The position numbers and the translations under genes were made by a program. The notes beneath the pieces were generated by a model, which saw only the letters and a program-made list of their open reading frames with translations, searched no databases and was not told the DNA's origin. A stretch of DNA of 63,958 bases, the filler included, from Folioceros fuciformis (Eukaryota): the NCBI GenBank assembly GCA_049999805.1. It is 6 parts of 6 records of this genome, joined end to end, with 100 filler letters (N's around TTAATTAATTAA, not from the genome) between each part and the next. Parts side by side here need not be neighbours in the genome. Positions count along the whole stretch, not along the records: positions 34,850 to 61,392 come from JBNGIO010006405.1; 5 more parts are not named here. One strand, written 5' to 3'. Positions 44,200 to 56,683 of this stretch are shown here, in pieces (position 1 is the first letter of the stretch; every line of letters starts with the position of its first letter).

Positions 44200-45800
44200 T
44201 AACCTTAGCCTATATCTAGGGTTAGTTAGTGTAACCTTAGCCTATANNNNNNNNNNTTAGTGTAACCTTAGCCTACATCTAGGGTTAGTTAGTGAACCAT
44301 TGCCTACATTATGTAAATAAGACCCCTTTGTGTTTTTTGTTTATTATTCGATGTTCTGTTCTCTTGTCTACCACTCTTTTGTTCATATGGTATCAAAGCT
44401 ATGGTACGTATCTTGAGTACATATCTTAAAGATGCCAAAGCATGGTAGAAATCGTAGTGGTTCACTCCGAGGTGGGTCCTCTAGACACAATTGTCTAGGA
44501 GGATCTTCACCAAGGAATACAACACCTATATATCTGGATACGGCGCTGGAACTCTACAAGCGAAACTACTCTAACCTTTGGCTACAAAAGTTTGTTGCCA
44601 AGCAGTCTCGCGATACATCTACAAATGGATGGATTCCGAATAGAAATCAAGAAGTTGACAAATTATATCGCGAATGTTGCTACCGGTGTGGGCAAAACCT
44701 TGACTTGTACTACACACCTCGATCTTCAACATCAACTTCATCGAATTTCCAGTCAAGACCTTTAGATGAGGCCTTTCAACCTGTTGCGAGAACCCAACCA
44801 CCTATAGCAACGCAACACAGAATTCAACCCCCCTACATCGACATAGCAAGTGTCAAGGAAAAGACATAAGAAATTCTTACCTGCGTGGAGAGGGTCGTAT
44901 CTCTAGTCTCGACAAATCAGATTTGTCTCAAGAACAGAATTCGTTATCTGGACTCCCAAGTAGAACGAGCAATTCTTGTCTGCACAGATTGACTCCAGCA
45001 AGACATCAGCAAAATTATTGATCTCCTGCAACAGATGGGTTCGAAGCTGCAGAGTTATGAACAAGATTGCTCACCTGTGGAATCCAGTGCTCATGTTTCT
45101 GAAAATTTCGCTGCCCATGAGTGGGGACATTCGAGGCACAGGAGGAATTGTCGCCCAGATCTGAAATGGTGCTTTTCTGTCCTGCACCTCCTCGCAAATT
45201 TCCTGCACAACAGAACATTGGTCAGTTAATGTCGTTTCCCGTGAACTGAACACAATAGTTTTTTAATCTAATTGAAACATCGTAATGATAAAGCACTTAT
45301 TTTTAGGGTTTTGCCAATGACATTTCATGATAGCTCGAAAGGAAGGCTGAGGAGTTCAGCATGAGCAAGGCATAGCCAATAGCTGCCCCTCCTCTAGCTA
45401 ACCCCCTAACGTTCCTCCCCTGCATATCTTTGCCGGTTCATCAACAACATGCGTGCAAACTGTGGATATAGCATACCTACTTGTACAGTGAGGATCATAG
45501 TTCATTACAATCACACCAGGTGTTCACCATATGTTCACTCCATTCCTACAGGCATAGTTGAACACATTAACAGATAGCTTTCAATAGCTTAATCTTAACC
45601 AAGTTGTTCAAACAACTCATTCATCATCTATTCAAATGGCAGCAATTGTAAGCACTCCATTCTTTCCCTCAGAACTTAAAGAAAAGGATAGGTTTAAGGG
45701 ACAGCGATACTCGATTTGGAGAGTTCGCATCAACAGCATGTTGGTTGCACATGGTGTCTGGCCTATAGTGGAAGGCACCTCTAAGAGACTAGACCCCAAT
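44200..45800 (+). mobile_element. 5' part of Copia D: LTR remnant, PBS, degenerate leader ORF and gag start, interrupted at ~45800
   Basis: PBS TGGTATCAAAGC at 44388-44399; gag MAAIVSTPFFPSELKEKDRFKG..W at 45636. Confidence 0.8.
44432..45229 (+). pseudogene. Leader ORF of Copia D (~265 codons, 2 premature stops), coiled-coil region similar to the extra ORFs of A/B
   Basis: ORFs 44432-44869 and 45035-45229 share one frame. The linker reads NRIRYLDSQV...LQQDISKIIDLLQQMGSK. Confidence 0.5.
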
Positions 45801-46955
45801 GGTCCCAGACCTGGGAAAGTTTAGGTCCGGTACCGGGCCATAGGATTGGGAAAGTTTGAGTCTAGGTCTGGTGATCAGTTTAATATTAATTAAAGCTATA
45901 CAATATTAAATGATTAATAAAATAATAAAATGATAAAATAATGTCTGAACATAGGAACGGGAATATGTGGGGTATGTCAGTGTCAGGGGTCAGGGTCTGA
46001 CGTCAGGCTGGCTGATTGCCTGGCTGACTTGAACGGTCATGGAGGCCGTGCCCTAGCTAGGGCGGGGGTTGCGGCCGCCCCCATCCCCCTCCCCCTTTCT
46101 CCCTTTCTCCCCTCCTCCTCCATTCCCTTCTTGTCCCGCTTCCTCTTCTTCCCCTTCCCTCTTCATCTCTTTGTCCTGTTTCTTCTTTTGGATCCACATT
46201 GCACGTAGACCGGGTGATGGGACTGAGGGCAGGCACAGAAGGAGCATGAGGCGAGCTGGAAGATTCGGCTGATGCAGGGCCAGGCCTGCCTCCGTCTTCT
46301 CCCTGATTTCTTTTCCCGTTTCCCTCCTACCCTGTCTCGATTTCCTCCCCAATCTACAGCCCCGCTGCGCTGCTAGATCTGCCTTGCTCCCGCTGCTGTC
46401 TCGCTGCCGGTGCTGCCATTTCCTCCCCCCTTTCCCCCTCTCCTGCCCATTTCTCCAGCTCGCGCTACCACCAATCCAGCCAGGCCGCCATCGGCTGGTC
46501 TAGCCCCTTCCCCTCCCCTCCTCCTCGCCTCGCAACCAGCCATTCTATCTCCCCANNNNNNNNNNNNNNNNNNNNNNNNNNNNNNNNNNNNNNNNNNNNN
46601 NNNNNNNNNNNNNNNNNNNNNNNNNNNNNNNNNNNNNNNNNNNNNNNNNNNNNNNNNNNNNNNNNNNNNNNNNNNNNNNNNNNNNNNNNNNNNNNNNNNN
46701 NNNNNNNNNNNNNNNNNNNNNNNNNNNNNNNNNNNNNNNNNNNNNNNNNNNNNNNNNNNNNNNNNNNNNNNNNNNNNNNNNNNNNNNNNNNNNNNNNNNN
46801 NNNNNNNNNNNNNNNNNNNNNNNNNNNNNNNNNNNNNNNNNNNNNNNNNNNNNNNNNNNNNNNNNNNNNNNNNNNNNNNNNNNNNNNNNNNNNNNNNNNN
46901 NNNNNNNNNNNNNNNNNNNNNNNNNNNNNNNNNNNNNNNNNNNNNNNNNNNNNNN

Positions 46956-49710
46956 AAGCCAAGTCACTTAGCTCTAGGCGGGAAGCTATCTTGTGGCATG
47001 CTCGATTAGGGCACGTCAATCGTTCTAAGCTGATAGACATGTCTGTGATAGAATGTCATCGTGAACCACTTCCAAAGTGTTTTAAGCATTTGCCTGTGTG
47101 TGAGTCTTGCATTCTAGCAAAACAGAAAGAATCCCGGTTTCCTAATGCACCTGCACACAGGGCGACGCAAGTGCTTGGTTTAGCACACGCTGACATATCA
47201 GCGAAAATCCAGGAACCCTCATTGGGAGGTTCTTAATACTTCTTTACACTGACAGATGACTACAGTAGATATACCTAGACATTCCCCATGCAGTTGAAGA
47301 GCGACACTTTTTCCTGCTTCAAAGATTGGCTGGCCACTATGCAAAGACAATCTAGTATGCTGCTGAAAGTGCTCAGGACAGATAACGGGACAGAATTTGT
47401 GAACCAGTCTTTTGATGATCTACTGCGAGAGCATGGGATTCTTTGCCAGCTCATTGTTCCTTACACACCACAGCAAAATGGCATGTCAAAACGTAAGAAT
47501 CAAACTTTGCTGGCAATGACTCGAAGCATGCTCATTTGGGCTGGATTACCTTAGGGTTACTAGCCAGATGGTATTGTCACCGCGATGTACATCTTGAACA
47601 GGGTGTTGACTAGCTCTGTCCCACACAAGACACCTTATGAGGTGTTTTGGTCCCATAAGCCCAGCTTACTGTATTTGAAGGTTTTCGGATCTCGAGCCTA
47701 TGCATATATCCTTGCTGATAAAAGAAGAAAGCTTGATCCACGTTCATAGGAGCTACTCTTCGTTGGGTACAGTGAAACTGCAAAAGCATATAAGTTGGCT
47801 AACACAGAAACTGGATCAATTATACTTGCCAGAAGTATTAAGTTTATTGAGCCAACTATTCCATCTCTGGATGCTAATAGCGAAGGCAACAACAGTTTTC
47901 ATCATACCTCCCTAAATGCTGATTCAACAAAACTAGATTTAGATATCAATAATTGCCCCTTGGATGACATGGAACAAGTTGTCCCCTTGCCGACTATGAA
48001 CCCACAGGCTCAAGTTCTACCTGCAAGCCTCGTTCTAGGACCGGTTAATCCTGGTTCTCCTATTCCACCCTTACCAGATGTAGAGGGGGTACTCCCAGGT
48101 GACCCAGAGGCAGAGGAGGACCTCGACATGGTTGCAACTACAGATGCTGCTAACCCTGATGATTAGGAGGAACTTGATATTGAAGATAATCTTGCTACCA
48201 ACCCTGAACCTGAGCCAGATCAGGGACTTAGGCATTCAAATCCATCAATTTTTGAACTCACCTTGTTCCAGGTCTTGCTGCCAATACAGTTTTGTCGGAT
48301 GAGCCCACTAGTTTGTCTTAAGTGTTCACTAGTCCTAAACATGTACAATGGAAGGCCGTAGTGGAAGATGAATACCAGTCTCTTGTAAAGAACAAGACCT
48401 GGGTGCTTGCGGATCTCCCACCAGGACGTAAGGCCATATCCTGCATTAAGTTGGGTATTTATGTTAAAACTTAATGCTAAAGGAGAAGTGGCCAGGTTCA
48501 AAGCAAGACTTGTGGCTACAGGCTTCACTCAGGTTGAAGGGCTTGACTATCAGGAAACCTTCTCATTTGTTGTGAGTAGCCAATCCATCAGACTCATTCT
48601 AGCCTATGCCACAGAGTTCGACCTTGACCTCCAGCTAATGGATGTATGTACGGCATTCCTGTATGGAGCACTCGATGAGGAGCTGTATATGCTCCAACTA
48701 GAGGCGTATGAGGACCCTGCACACCCAAACAAGATATTAAAACTTCTGAAGTGTTTATATGGTCTAAAGTAGAGTGGAAGGGTGTGGTACATCACCATGC
48801 ATTTATATCTCCTCAGTATTAACTTCGTTCATAATACAACTAACACAAATGTCTATAAGCTTACCCAAGGATCCTCCATTGTTCTCCTGACCTTGTATGT
48901 GGATGACGTAATCCTCGCCACCAATGACCAAGCATTGTTGTTAGAAGTTAAGCAAAAGCTTCACAAAAAGTTCGACATGAAAGATATTGGAGAGCTAAAC
49001 TTCTGTCTAGGTATACAACTGTTATGTGTTAGGGATGCAAGCCTTATGTATATACATAAGTATAAATACATAAATGAGACTCTCCAGAAATTCAACCTTG
49101 ATCAAGCTAGGCCAGCAACCACCCCTTATGCAACAGGTACTAAGTTGACACGCTTACAATGTCCACAGACAGCAGACGAAATCAACGACATGGCATATGT
49201 ACCTTACAGGCATGCCGTTGGCAGCCTTCTCTTCGTTGCAAATTGGACCAGGCTGGACATTCAGTATGCAGATAGCACCGCCTCATAGTTCCTTGAAAAC
49301 CCTGCGAGAGTACATTGTACAACTGTTAAGAGAATTTTCCATTACCTCAAAGGCACACGCACATATGGCCTTATGTATAAGAGCAGCGGTGCCTCACATC
49401 TGACCTTGACTAGCTTTACAGATGCTGATTGGGGCTCCGACTCTGACTCAAGAAGAAGTCTATTGACCTATTGTTTTCTCCTAGGCTCAACTGCTATCAA
49501 CTGGAGGAGTAAAAAACAGCCCTCCATAGCTCGAAGCTCTACGGAGGCCGAGTATAAGTCTATGACAGAAGCGTCCAAGGAAGCTGAGTGGGAACGTGGT
49601 TTCCTTGCTTCTCTTGGACAGGCTCAGCAATAACCTACTCTAATCCTCTGCAATAACACAACAGCTCTTGAATTAGTTGCTGAGCCTACTTTTCATGCTA
49701 GGACAAAACA
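46956..49710 (+). mobile_element. Degenerate Copia pol (pre-IN, IN, RT, RNaseH) of the A/B-related family
   Basis: LWHARLGH, HADISA, RTDNGTEF, KARLVATG, YVDD and FTDADW; ends at HARTK where a Gypsy sequence begins. Confidence 0.93.
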
Positions 49711-52360
49711 AAGTCCCTCTTGCGGTGCCTCCGTGATCCTCACTCCGGATCTAGGCAGCACAGGCCTAGGGATGCCTGAAGACCTTGGATCCCCAGCCCT
49801 GTGCCCTGGATGCTTGCACACCTGACAAAACGGCACAAATCCAAGTTGCTGACATGGCTCTGTGCACTCATTAGCATAGTGTCCTGGCAAGCCACAATTA
49901 AAACAACAACCTGCTGCCACCACTTGTGGACGCTGGGACGGATCTGGCCTCCAAGGTCCTGGAGATACCGGATGAGGACCATACCTCATTCCATGAGGTC
50001 CTGGTGGTTGGGAAGATGGCCAAATGGACTGTGGTGGTCGAGGAGCAGTCACAGCCTGTACCTGATAGGAGTCATCCACGTACCAATAGTCTCCTAGTAG
50101 GTAGGCATCCACTTGGTTGAGGGGAACCCTAGTGCACTCTTGGTGAGTGTGTCCTGATTGGTGACAAATAGAACAGCACACCAGCTGCCTACCCGGTGAA
50201 GGTGACCTCCTTGGTGCTTGGTTGCGTACAGCCTTCACCTCCAGCTCGGCTAGCCTCCTCGTCAATGCCTCAACCTGACTGGTCAGTCCTCCACCACTTG
50301 AGGACGTTTCGCCCCTCTCCATCCTATAGGATCCTGTGCCTCTCTTGTCCTTCTCAGCTCAACGATCCTCATCCTCCTCATGCCTCTTGCGTGCTTTCTC
50401 CAGATCCTTCCTCATCCTCTTCTCATAAGCCCTATCGGACTCCTCATCGGTGTAAGGATCCAACACAAGGCTGTCATAATCCGGATCAGAGTGAGACGGT
50501 GACCTCAACCTTGAAGAGGAAGATGGGCTGTGATGCCTTGACCTCCTATGATGCCCATACTTCCGGTTCTGCTTCCTCTTCTCTTTGCTCAACTCCGACA
50601 GCTCAAAATCTTCAGCAGCCTTCAAAGCCTCCTGCAAAGTGGTCACACCTCTCATGCAGTAGGTTGCCATCCGATCGGGCAGTCCTCCAGCAAACCAATC
50701 CAAAGCTTGAGCATCCGTGTACCCTAGAGTACTCGGACCTCCTGGAACAACTGGCCTGCCACGTGGGATCCTGTCCACATAGCTATAGAACCTCTCAATG
50801 TAGTCATAGAGATCCTCCTTCCTTCCTCGCTTCAAAGTCCTCAACCTCGCGTAGGTGTGATGGCCATGGCTAAGACCTCGAAACCTGGTCAAGAAATCGT
50901 CCTTCAGGCTGTCCCAATCCACTGGTGGTCTCACTCCATACATCCGGCTGTACAACTACTGAGCTTGTCCTCTCAGCAAACCTGGAAAGATCCTCAAACG
51001 ATCAGCTATAGTGTCCTCCATGTTGGCACGAGACACATGCTCGAACGCCCTTAGGAAGGATTCAGCATCCTCCCCTCTTCTCTTGTCTCCAAACTTCACG
51101 TATTGCTGACGACTGTGAATAGGGGCAGCCATCCTTGCAGCAACTCCTCCACCCACTTGGCTGATACTTGACGTAGGAAGTATAGCCCCTACTGAAACCA
51201 CTACGGGGGCTGACAATGGAACAATGGCTGGCAAGGGGTGTGGCTGACCACCAACAAGTGACTGCAAGCTATCCAGCAATGATACCACAACTGAAGTATC
51301 ACCTAGAGTTGATTGCAAAACACTCAACTATAACACAGACTCCCTCTCAACACGACCCACTGGTTGGCTGTAAGACTCCTTCCTACAACCAGATGTAATA
51401 CCAACCTCCTGGATGTCACACTCTCCGGCAATCGACCCTTCAGATTCGTGCTCTCCACTTGACCAAGGCAGCTCCTCCTCCACAAGGGTGCTAGCCTTAG
51501 GGGTCAAGCTACTCTCCCCTCTCAACAAATTCCTCCTTGTTGCACGTAGATCCCTAGGTGAAGGGGTTACAGCTGCTCTCCCTCTACCAGTTCTACGATC
51601 ACCTCTTCCACCAGACATCTATAGGACAACTTAGACTCTCCATCCGATCAACAAAAGAAACTCCCAAGCCGCTCCCCAGCAATGGCGCCAAAAATGTGGA
51701 GGCAAAACCCCGGGCACTGATTGCCGGCGGGTTCCACCTTTAGTGACCACACTTATCCCACTGTCGTTGAGACATTGGGTTCCGTTCCCACGAAGGCGCG
51801 ATGGGGTTCCTTGCTGTTGTGCATGGAGGGTCGGACTCAATCGACTCGATGATGGATTTGAGGGCTCCCCTCCAGCTCCAATCAGGCGTAGGACAGGCCT
51901 CGCTGTCCAACAGTTAGCTGCACCTCTCTTGGTGCCCACAAACTCACTCCAGTCACTACAACGACCCTAACCTCTCAGATCCGCGACTTCCCTCACTCAC
52001 TTCACTCGCTCTCTCACTCCAGCACCAACACCAGCAACTAACAACTACACCACTAGTGGACCTTCTACACTTCCCTATTGACTCCTCCTACCCGGCAAGA
52101 GTCACTAGACTAACCCCAAAACCCAAAACCCAAAACCCTAACCCCAAAGAAAAGAAAGAAGGGAACACACTCCCCTCTTGGATATCTCCTCCCCACAACC
52201 TTACCAGACGGCATGAAACATGGCCGGCCTATAGCACTTGTCCAAACAGGGAACAAGAGTGAACAGGTCGAGAGAAAGACACATCCTTTACAATCAAGAG
52301 CTAGGGGCAAGCCCCTTCACCCTGGTCATTACACCTTGTGATCCTACCAGACACCGTACA
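49711..52360 (-). mobile_element. Ty3/Gypsy (Athila/Tat-like PBS) 5' LTR plus gag, truncated
   Basis: LTR ~51695-52360; PBS TGGCGCCATTGCTGGGGA at 51673-51690 (minus). Gag DAESFLRAFE, W..LKDDFL.RF and CCHC knuckles. Confidence 0.85.
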
Positions 52361-53356
52361 CATTGGTTCCTTTTCCAGGAGGAGCAGAGTCGTTCATTCT
52401 CTGCTGGTGTTCCTAAGAGCAAAGTTGAGAAGGTATTAGCTACGAATTTTCATGCTTCTAAGCGACATAACAAATGCATAGGAGGAGGACACAATACCTT
52501 TAAGCGGCAGAAGGGAGAATCCTCAAATGCTAAGCGGCCAGGTTCTTGCAACTGGTGCGGGATCCCAGGTCACTGGGCAAGAGAATGCCGCAAGAAGAAA
52601 GCAGGTGAGCCCTAGAAGCAACAAAAACCTACTACAAATGTAGCAGTCAAGGACAAGACAAGTGACTCCAAGGCATCTGTGAGGATCCTTACCATCTACT
52701 TGTCAAGCTCCCTGCAAGATGAAGGCTGTTGGTACATGGATTCCGGCGCCACGACTCACATTTGTAGAGACAAGGAGTTTTCACTTCCTTTGACCTTGTT
52801 CATGTCCATGACAAGGTGCTTCTTGGTGATGAGCAGTCAAAGACAAGTCTACAGATAGAAGGTCGAGGCACATGTGTGTTCATGCTGCATGATCACACAT
52901 CCCTTGTGTTAGAAGATGTTGTCTTCGTCCCAAGCATGGCCAAAAACCTATGTCTCTGAGTCAGGTCATGCATTTACGTACCTTCCACATGCTTGCAGAC
53001 TTTAACACTTGTTGTTTCTACAGAAAGCAGTCCCCTAACATATGCATCTTCAAAGGCATTTTGGAGAATGACTTGTACAACTTAGACATTACCTATCAGA
53101 AACAGTCCGTCAAACATGTTGCCCATTCAACATAAGCCAAGTCACTTAGCTCTAGGCAGGAAGCTATCTTGTGGCATGCTCGATTAGGGCACGTCAATCG
53201 TTCTAAGCTGATGGACATGTCTATGACAGAATGTCATCGTGAACCACTTCCAAAGTGTTTTAAGCATTTGCCTGTGTGTGAGTCCTGCATTCTAGCAAAA
53301 CAGAAAGAATCCTCGTTTCCTAATGCACCTGCACACAAGGCGACGCAAGTACTTGG
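52361..53356 (+). mobile_element. Degenerate Copia gag-PR-preIN fragment
   Basis: QEEQSR, CNWCGIPGHWAREC, WYMDSGAT and LWHARLGH. 53134-53356 is nearly identical to 46956-47178. Confidence 0.9.
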
Positions 53357-54390
53357 TGTGGTGGCCAAACCCCGGGCACTTTTTGCCAACTGGTTCAACC
53401 TTTAGCGGCCACATTTATCCCACTATCGTTGAGACATTGGGTTTCGTTCCCACGAAGGAGTGATGGAGTTCCTAGCTGCTTTGGATGGAGGCTCGGGCTC
53501 AACCGACTCAATGACGAATTCGAGGGCTCCTCTCCAGCTCCGATCAGGCGTGAGACAGTGCTCGCTGTCCAGAAGTCAACTGCACCTCTCTCGGTACCCA
53601 CAAACTCACTCCTGTCACTACAACGACCCTAACTTCTTAAATCTGTGACTTCCGTCACTTCACTTCACTTCACAGTGCACTGCACTCAACTCAACTCAAC
53701 TCACTCTCTCTCTCTAGCACTCACTCACTCACTCTCTCTCTCTCTAGCACTCACTCGCTCACTCTCTCTCTCTAGCACTCACTTGCTCACTCTCTCTCTC
53801 TAGCACCAGCACCAACAACAACCAGCAAACAACACAGGATTTGCTGTTTGCAGGTGATTTGCTCACACAATCACGTCAACCTCGTCTTCTCACACACTTT
53901 GTCTCCATCCACCCGCTCTCGACACTCTATCACTTCACACAAACTCCTCACCAGCAGATTTGAAATGCAGCCGAAGAATCAGAGAATAAGGGAAGGAGGC
54001 AATCCTCTTCCACTCCGCACACTGGCAGATTCGTTCCCTCACCTTGGCTACGGACCACAGGCAGTCGTTCAGGGAATAAGGGAAGGAGAGTCTCCCCTTC
54101 CACTCCGCGCGGTTGGCGGATTCGTTCCCCACACTTCCCACTGCGGAGCACAACGAACAATTCGGGGAATAAGGGAAGGTGATCATCTACTCAGCAGGAG
54201 ATCTGCTGATTCGTCTCCCGCACCACCCGTTGTGGAGCAAAAACTCTTGGCTTCTCCTCAGGAGCATCGTGCATGCACTGCTCACCCTAACCTCTCGTAT
54301 CCAGTCATGGACAATGCAGGAACTTTGCCTGGAATGAGTCACCGATGGTTTGCTGATTAGTGAGGCACCAACAGGCCTCTTTGTACACAC
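53357..54390 (-). repeat. Gypsy LTR related to 51695-52360, with (CACT)n/(CT)n microsatellite and internal ~90-bp repeats
   Basis: Starts tgtggtggccaaaccccgggcac, homologous to tgtggaggcaaaaccccgggcac. Right boundary approximate. Confidence 0.75.
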
Positions 54391-54399
54391 ACCAAGCAA

Positions 54400-55770
54400 G
54401 ACCTTGGTTCAGGTGTGAATATTATGACGGAGGACACGGCCAGAAAATGAGGATTGGAAATCGAGCACACCTCCAAAGTTTTGCGGCTAGCAGACATGTC
54501 TAGGATGGCACTAGTAGGGGAATTGACGGGAGCGCTAACAATTATTGGAACCATCCCCTATTTGATGGATTATGTAGTCATCAAGCAGAAGGCGCCGGGG
54601 TATGAGATTTTGACTGGACGGACCTAGATGTATGGGTAGCGATGCACACTCAAGTGGGGTAGGAAGGAAGTTGGTTTTAGACCTTTGGATTGGGACCCCA
54701 AGGCTAAGGAAGGAAGGGAAGGATTTGCTTATCCTGGAATAGGGACAAGTATGATGGTGAGACCCCAACGAAAATACCACAGCTGAAGACACAACAGGGG
54801 AGGTGGACGAAGAAGATAAATTTCCTTTCGCGCGCATCTCTTGGTCTGATGAGGAACAAGATTATCAAAAGAGATATTCAACACTCAATTAATCTTGTGG
54901 GCTGTTATGGTATTGCTGTCGACTGCACTTGCATTTCAATGGAAGAAGGAGGAAGCAAGGTGTAGGAACAGTTCGTTGAGGATAATGGCATGAACATCGC
55001 GCGTTTCACGGCCTCGAAGGATCAGGTGGGGGAGTGGACGCCGGAATGAGAGGAGGCATTTCAGGATCTGCAAACGACCTTGACCATGGTGCCAATGCTG
55101 AAGGGCCTTCACTGGAGCAAGAAATTTTATGTCTTAATTTATGTTTCAACTTTCGCGATTGGCAAGGTTCTCAGCTAGAGAGATGGAAAGAATAAAGATT
55201 ACCCAATCTACTATGCTGAACGACAACTAAACGGATGTGGAGAAGAAATATACAACCACGGAGCGTGAGGCACTTGGAACAGTTTACTTGGTCAGAAAAT
55301 TTAGGCTGAAAACGGAGAGGGTGGAACTAGACCAGGAAAATGAATTTCTCAATGAGGCTTTGTTTGCAGCAAGAGTGGAGGACGAGAGGGCTAAACCAAA
55401 TTTGAAGAAGGGTAGAGGAGATGAGATGGCCTGGAATGAGAAGGGGAGGAAGGTTCTCACAAAACCAACACATTTGGAAATTTATGAGTATCTGGGCACT
55501 GGCCAAATTTCTCAGGACCTCTCTAAGGAAACCAACAGCATGCTTGCAAAGAAAAGTCAGCTGGAAAGGTTGGTTAGATTTGTGGAACACGTTGAGAACA
55601 AGGAACAAGCCCTGGTGGTCCTACAGGATGTTCAGCAAAGGAGGAACGACTGGCACAATAAGAGGCTAAAGCATTAGGAGAATGTTGTTCCTAGAGACTT
55701 GGCTCTATTATATGATAACCGATACATGCATTTTCCTCGCAAACTGCACCTCATGTGGATAAGTTGTAGA
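54400..55770 (+). mobile_element. Heavily deleted Gypsy pol remnants (protease-like, RNaseH, IN C-terminus)
   Basis: WTPE.EEAFQDL, YPIYYAERQL, EKKYTTTEREALG, LLYDNRY..FPRKL...W. Confidence 0.7.
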
Positions 55771-56683
55771 GGAAAAAATATTTGAGAACCCCCTTCCCGA
55801 GTGTCAGATCCGGTGGATTTTGGTTTTTTTTTTTTTTGAAGTGGAGGAAGAAGTGTCTTAAGTTGAGAATTTGAAGTGGAGGAAGAAGTGTCTTAAGTTG
55901 AGAATAAGCAGGGGTATATATACACACATCGAAACCTCCTTGGACCATGAGGGTTCGGGGTGGACCATTAGCGGGACCAGGTGTCCGAGGTACTGTTTGG
56001 TCCTTGGGTCTCGGTAGTTGAATAAACACTAAGGAGACTATATATGTAGACCCCTCCTCCTGATATTAGAAAATAAGAGGTGACCCCTGGGCAAGGAAGG
56101 TTGTGGACTTAGGCTAGAAAATAAGGAAGTCGTGATTCGGTAATGGTAGGGAAGAGCACTTATGAACTTGCACTTCTTGCAAGAAGCCGCATCAAGGACG
56201 TCAGTCCAGCACACAGCAGCCTAAAACACCATCATCAAGTATCCACATCTGTGGTTCAGTCTAGTGTTCCAAGCCTGCGGATGAGCTAGAGATAGGGCAA
56301 GACAGAACAAGGGAGCACAAGACCTTAGCCCTCATCTTCAGACCACTACGACCACCGCGAAATAATCAGTAGAAGCCGCAGCAAAGAAACTCACAGAAGC
56401 AGAACTGTCCGTTGTAGTCACGGGCAAATGAGCATGCGTCGAGACATACATAGACCTTCCAACCCTCAAACCGAACAAAACGTTCATTAACGTGCTCGGT
56501 AAAATGATACTTTCATATCTGGGACTGGCCTCCAATTCGGAGAAAATTGAGAGTTCCGAGTTGGAACGCCCTTTCAGTGAAGACTCGAGCAAGCCTGAGG
56601 ATGATGCCAGAAGCACCAAAAGCGCCCCCTCGAATACAACCTTCAATGATGACACTTGCAAGAGAGGTAAAGAGTGTCTACGT

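Noticed and set aside
46410-47040. ORFs spanning the 400-N gap
   Set aside because: Artefacts of translating Ns.
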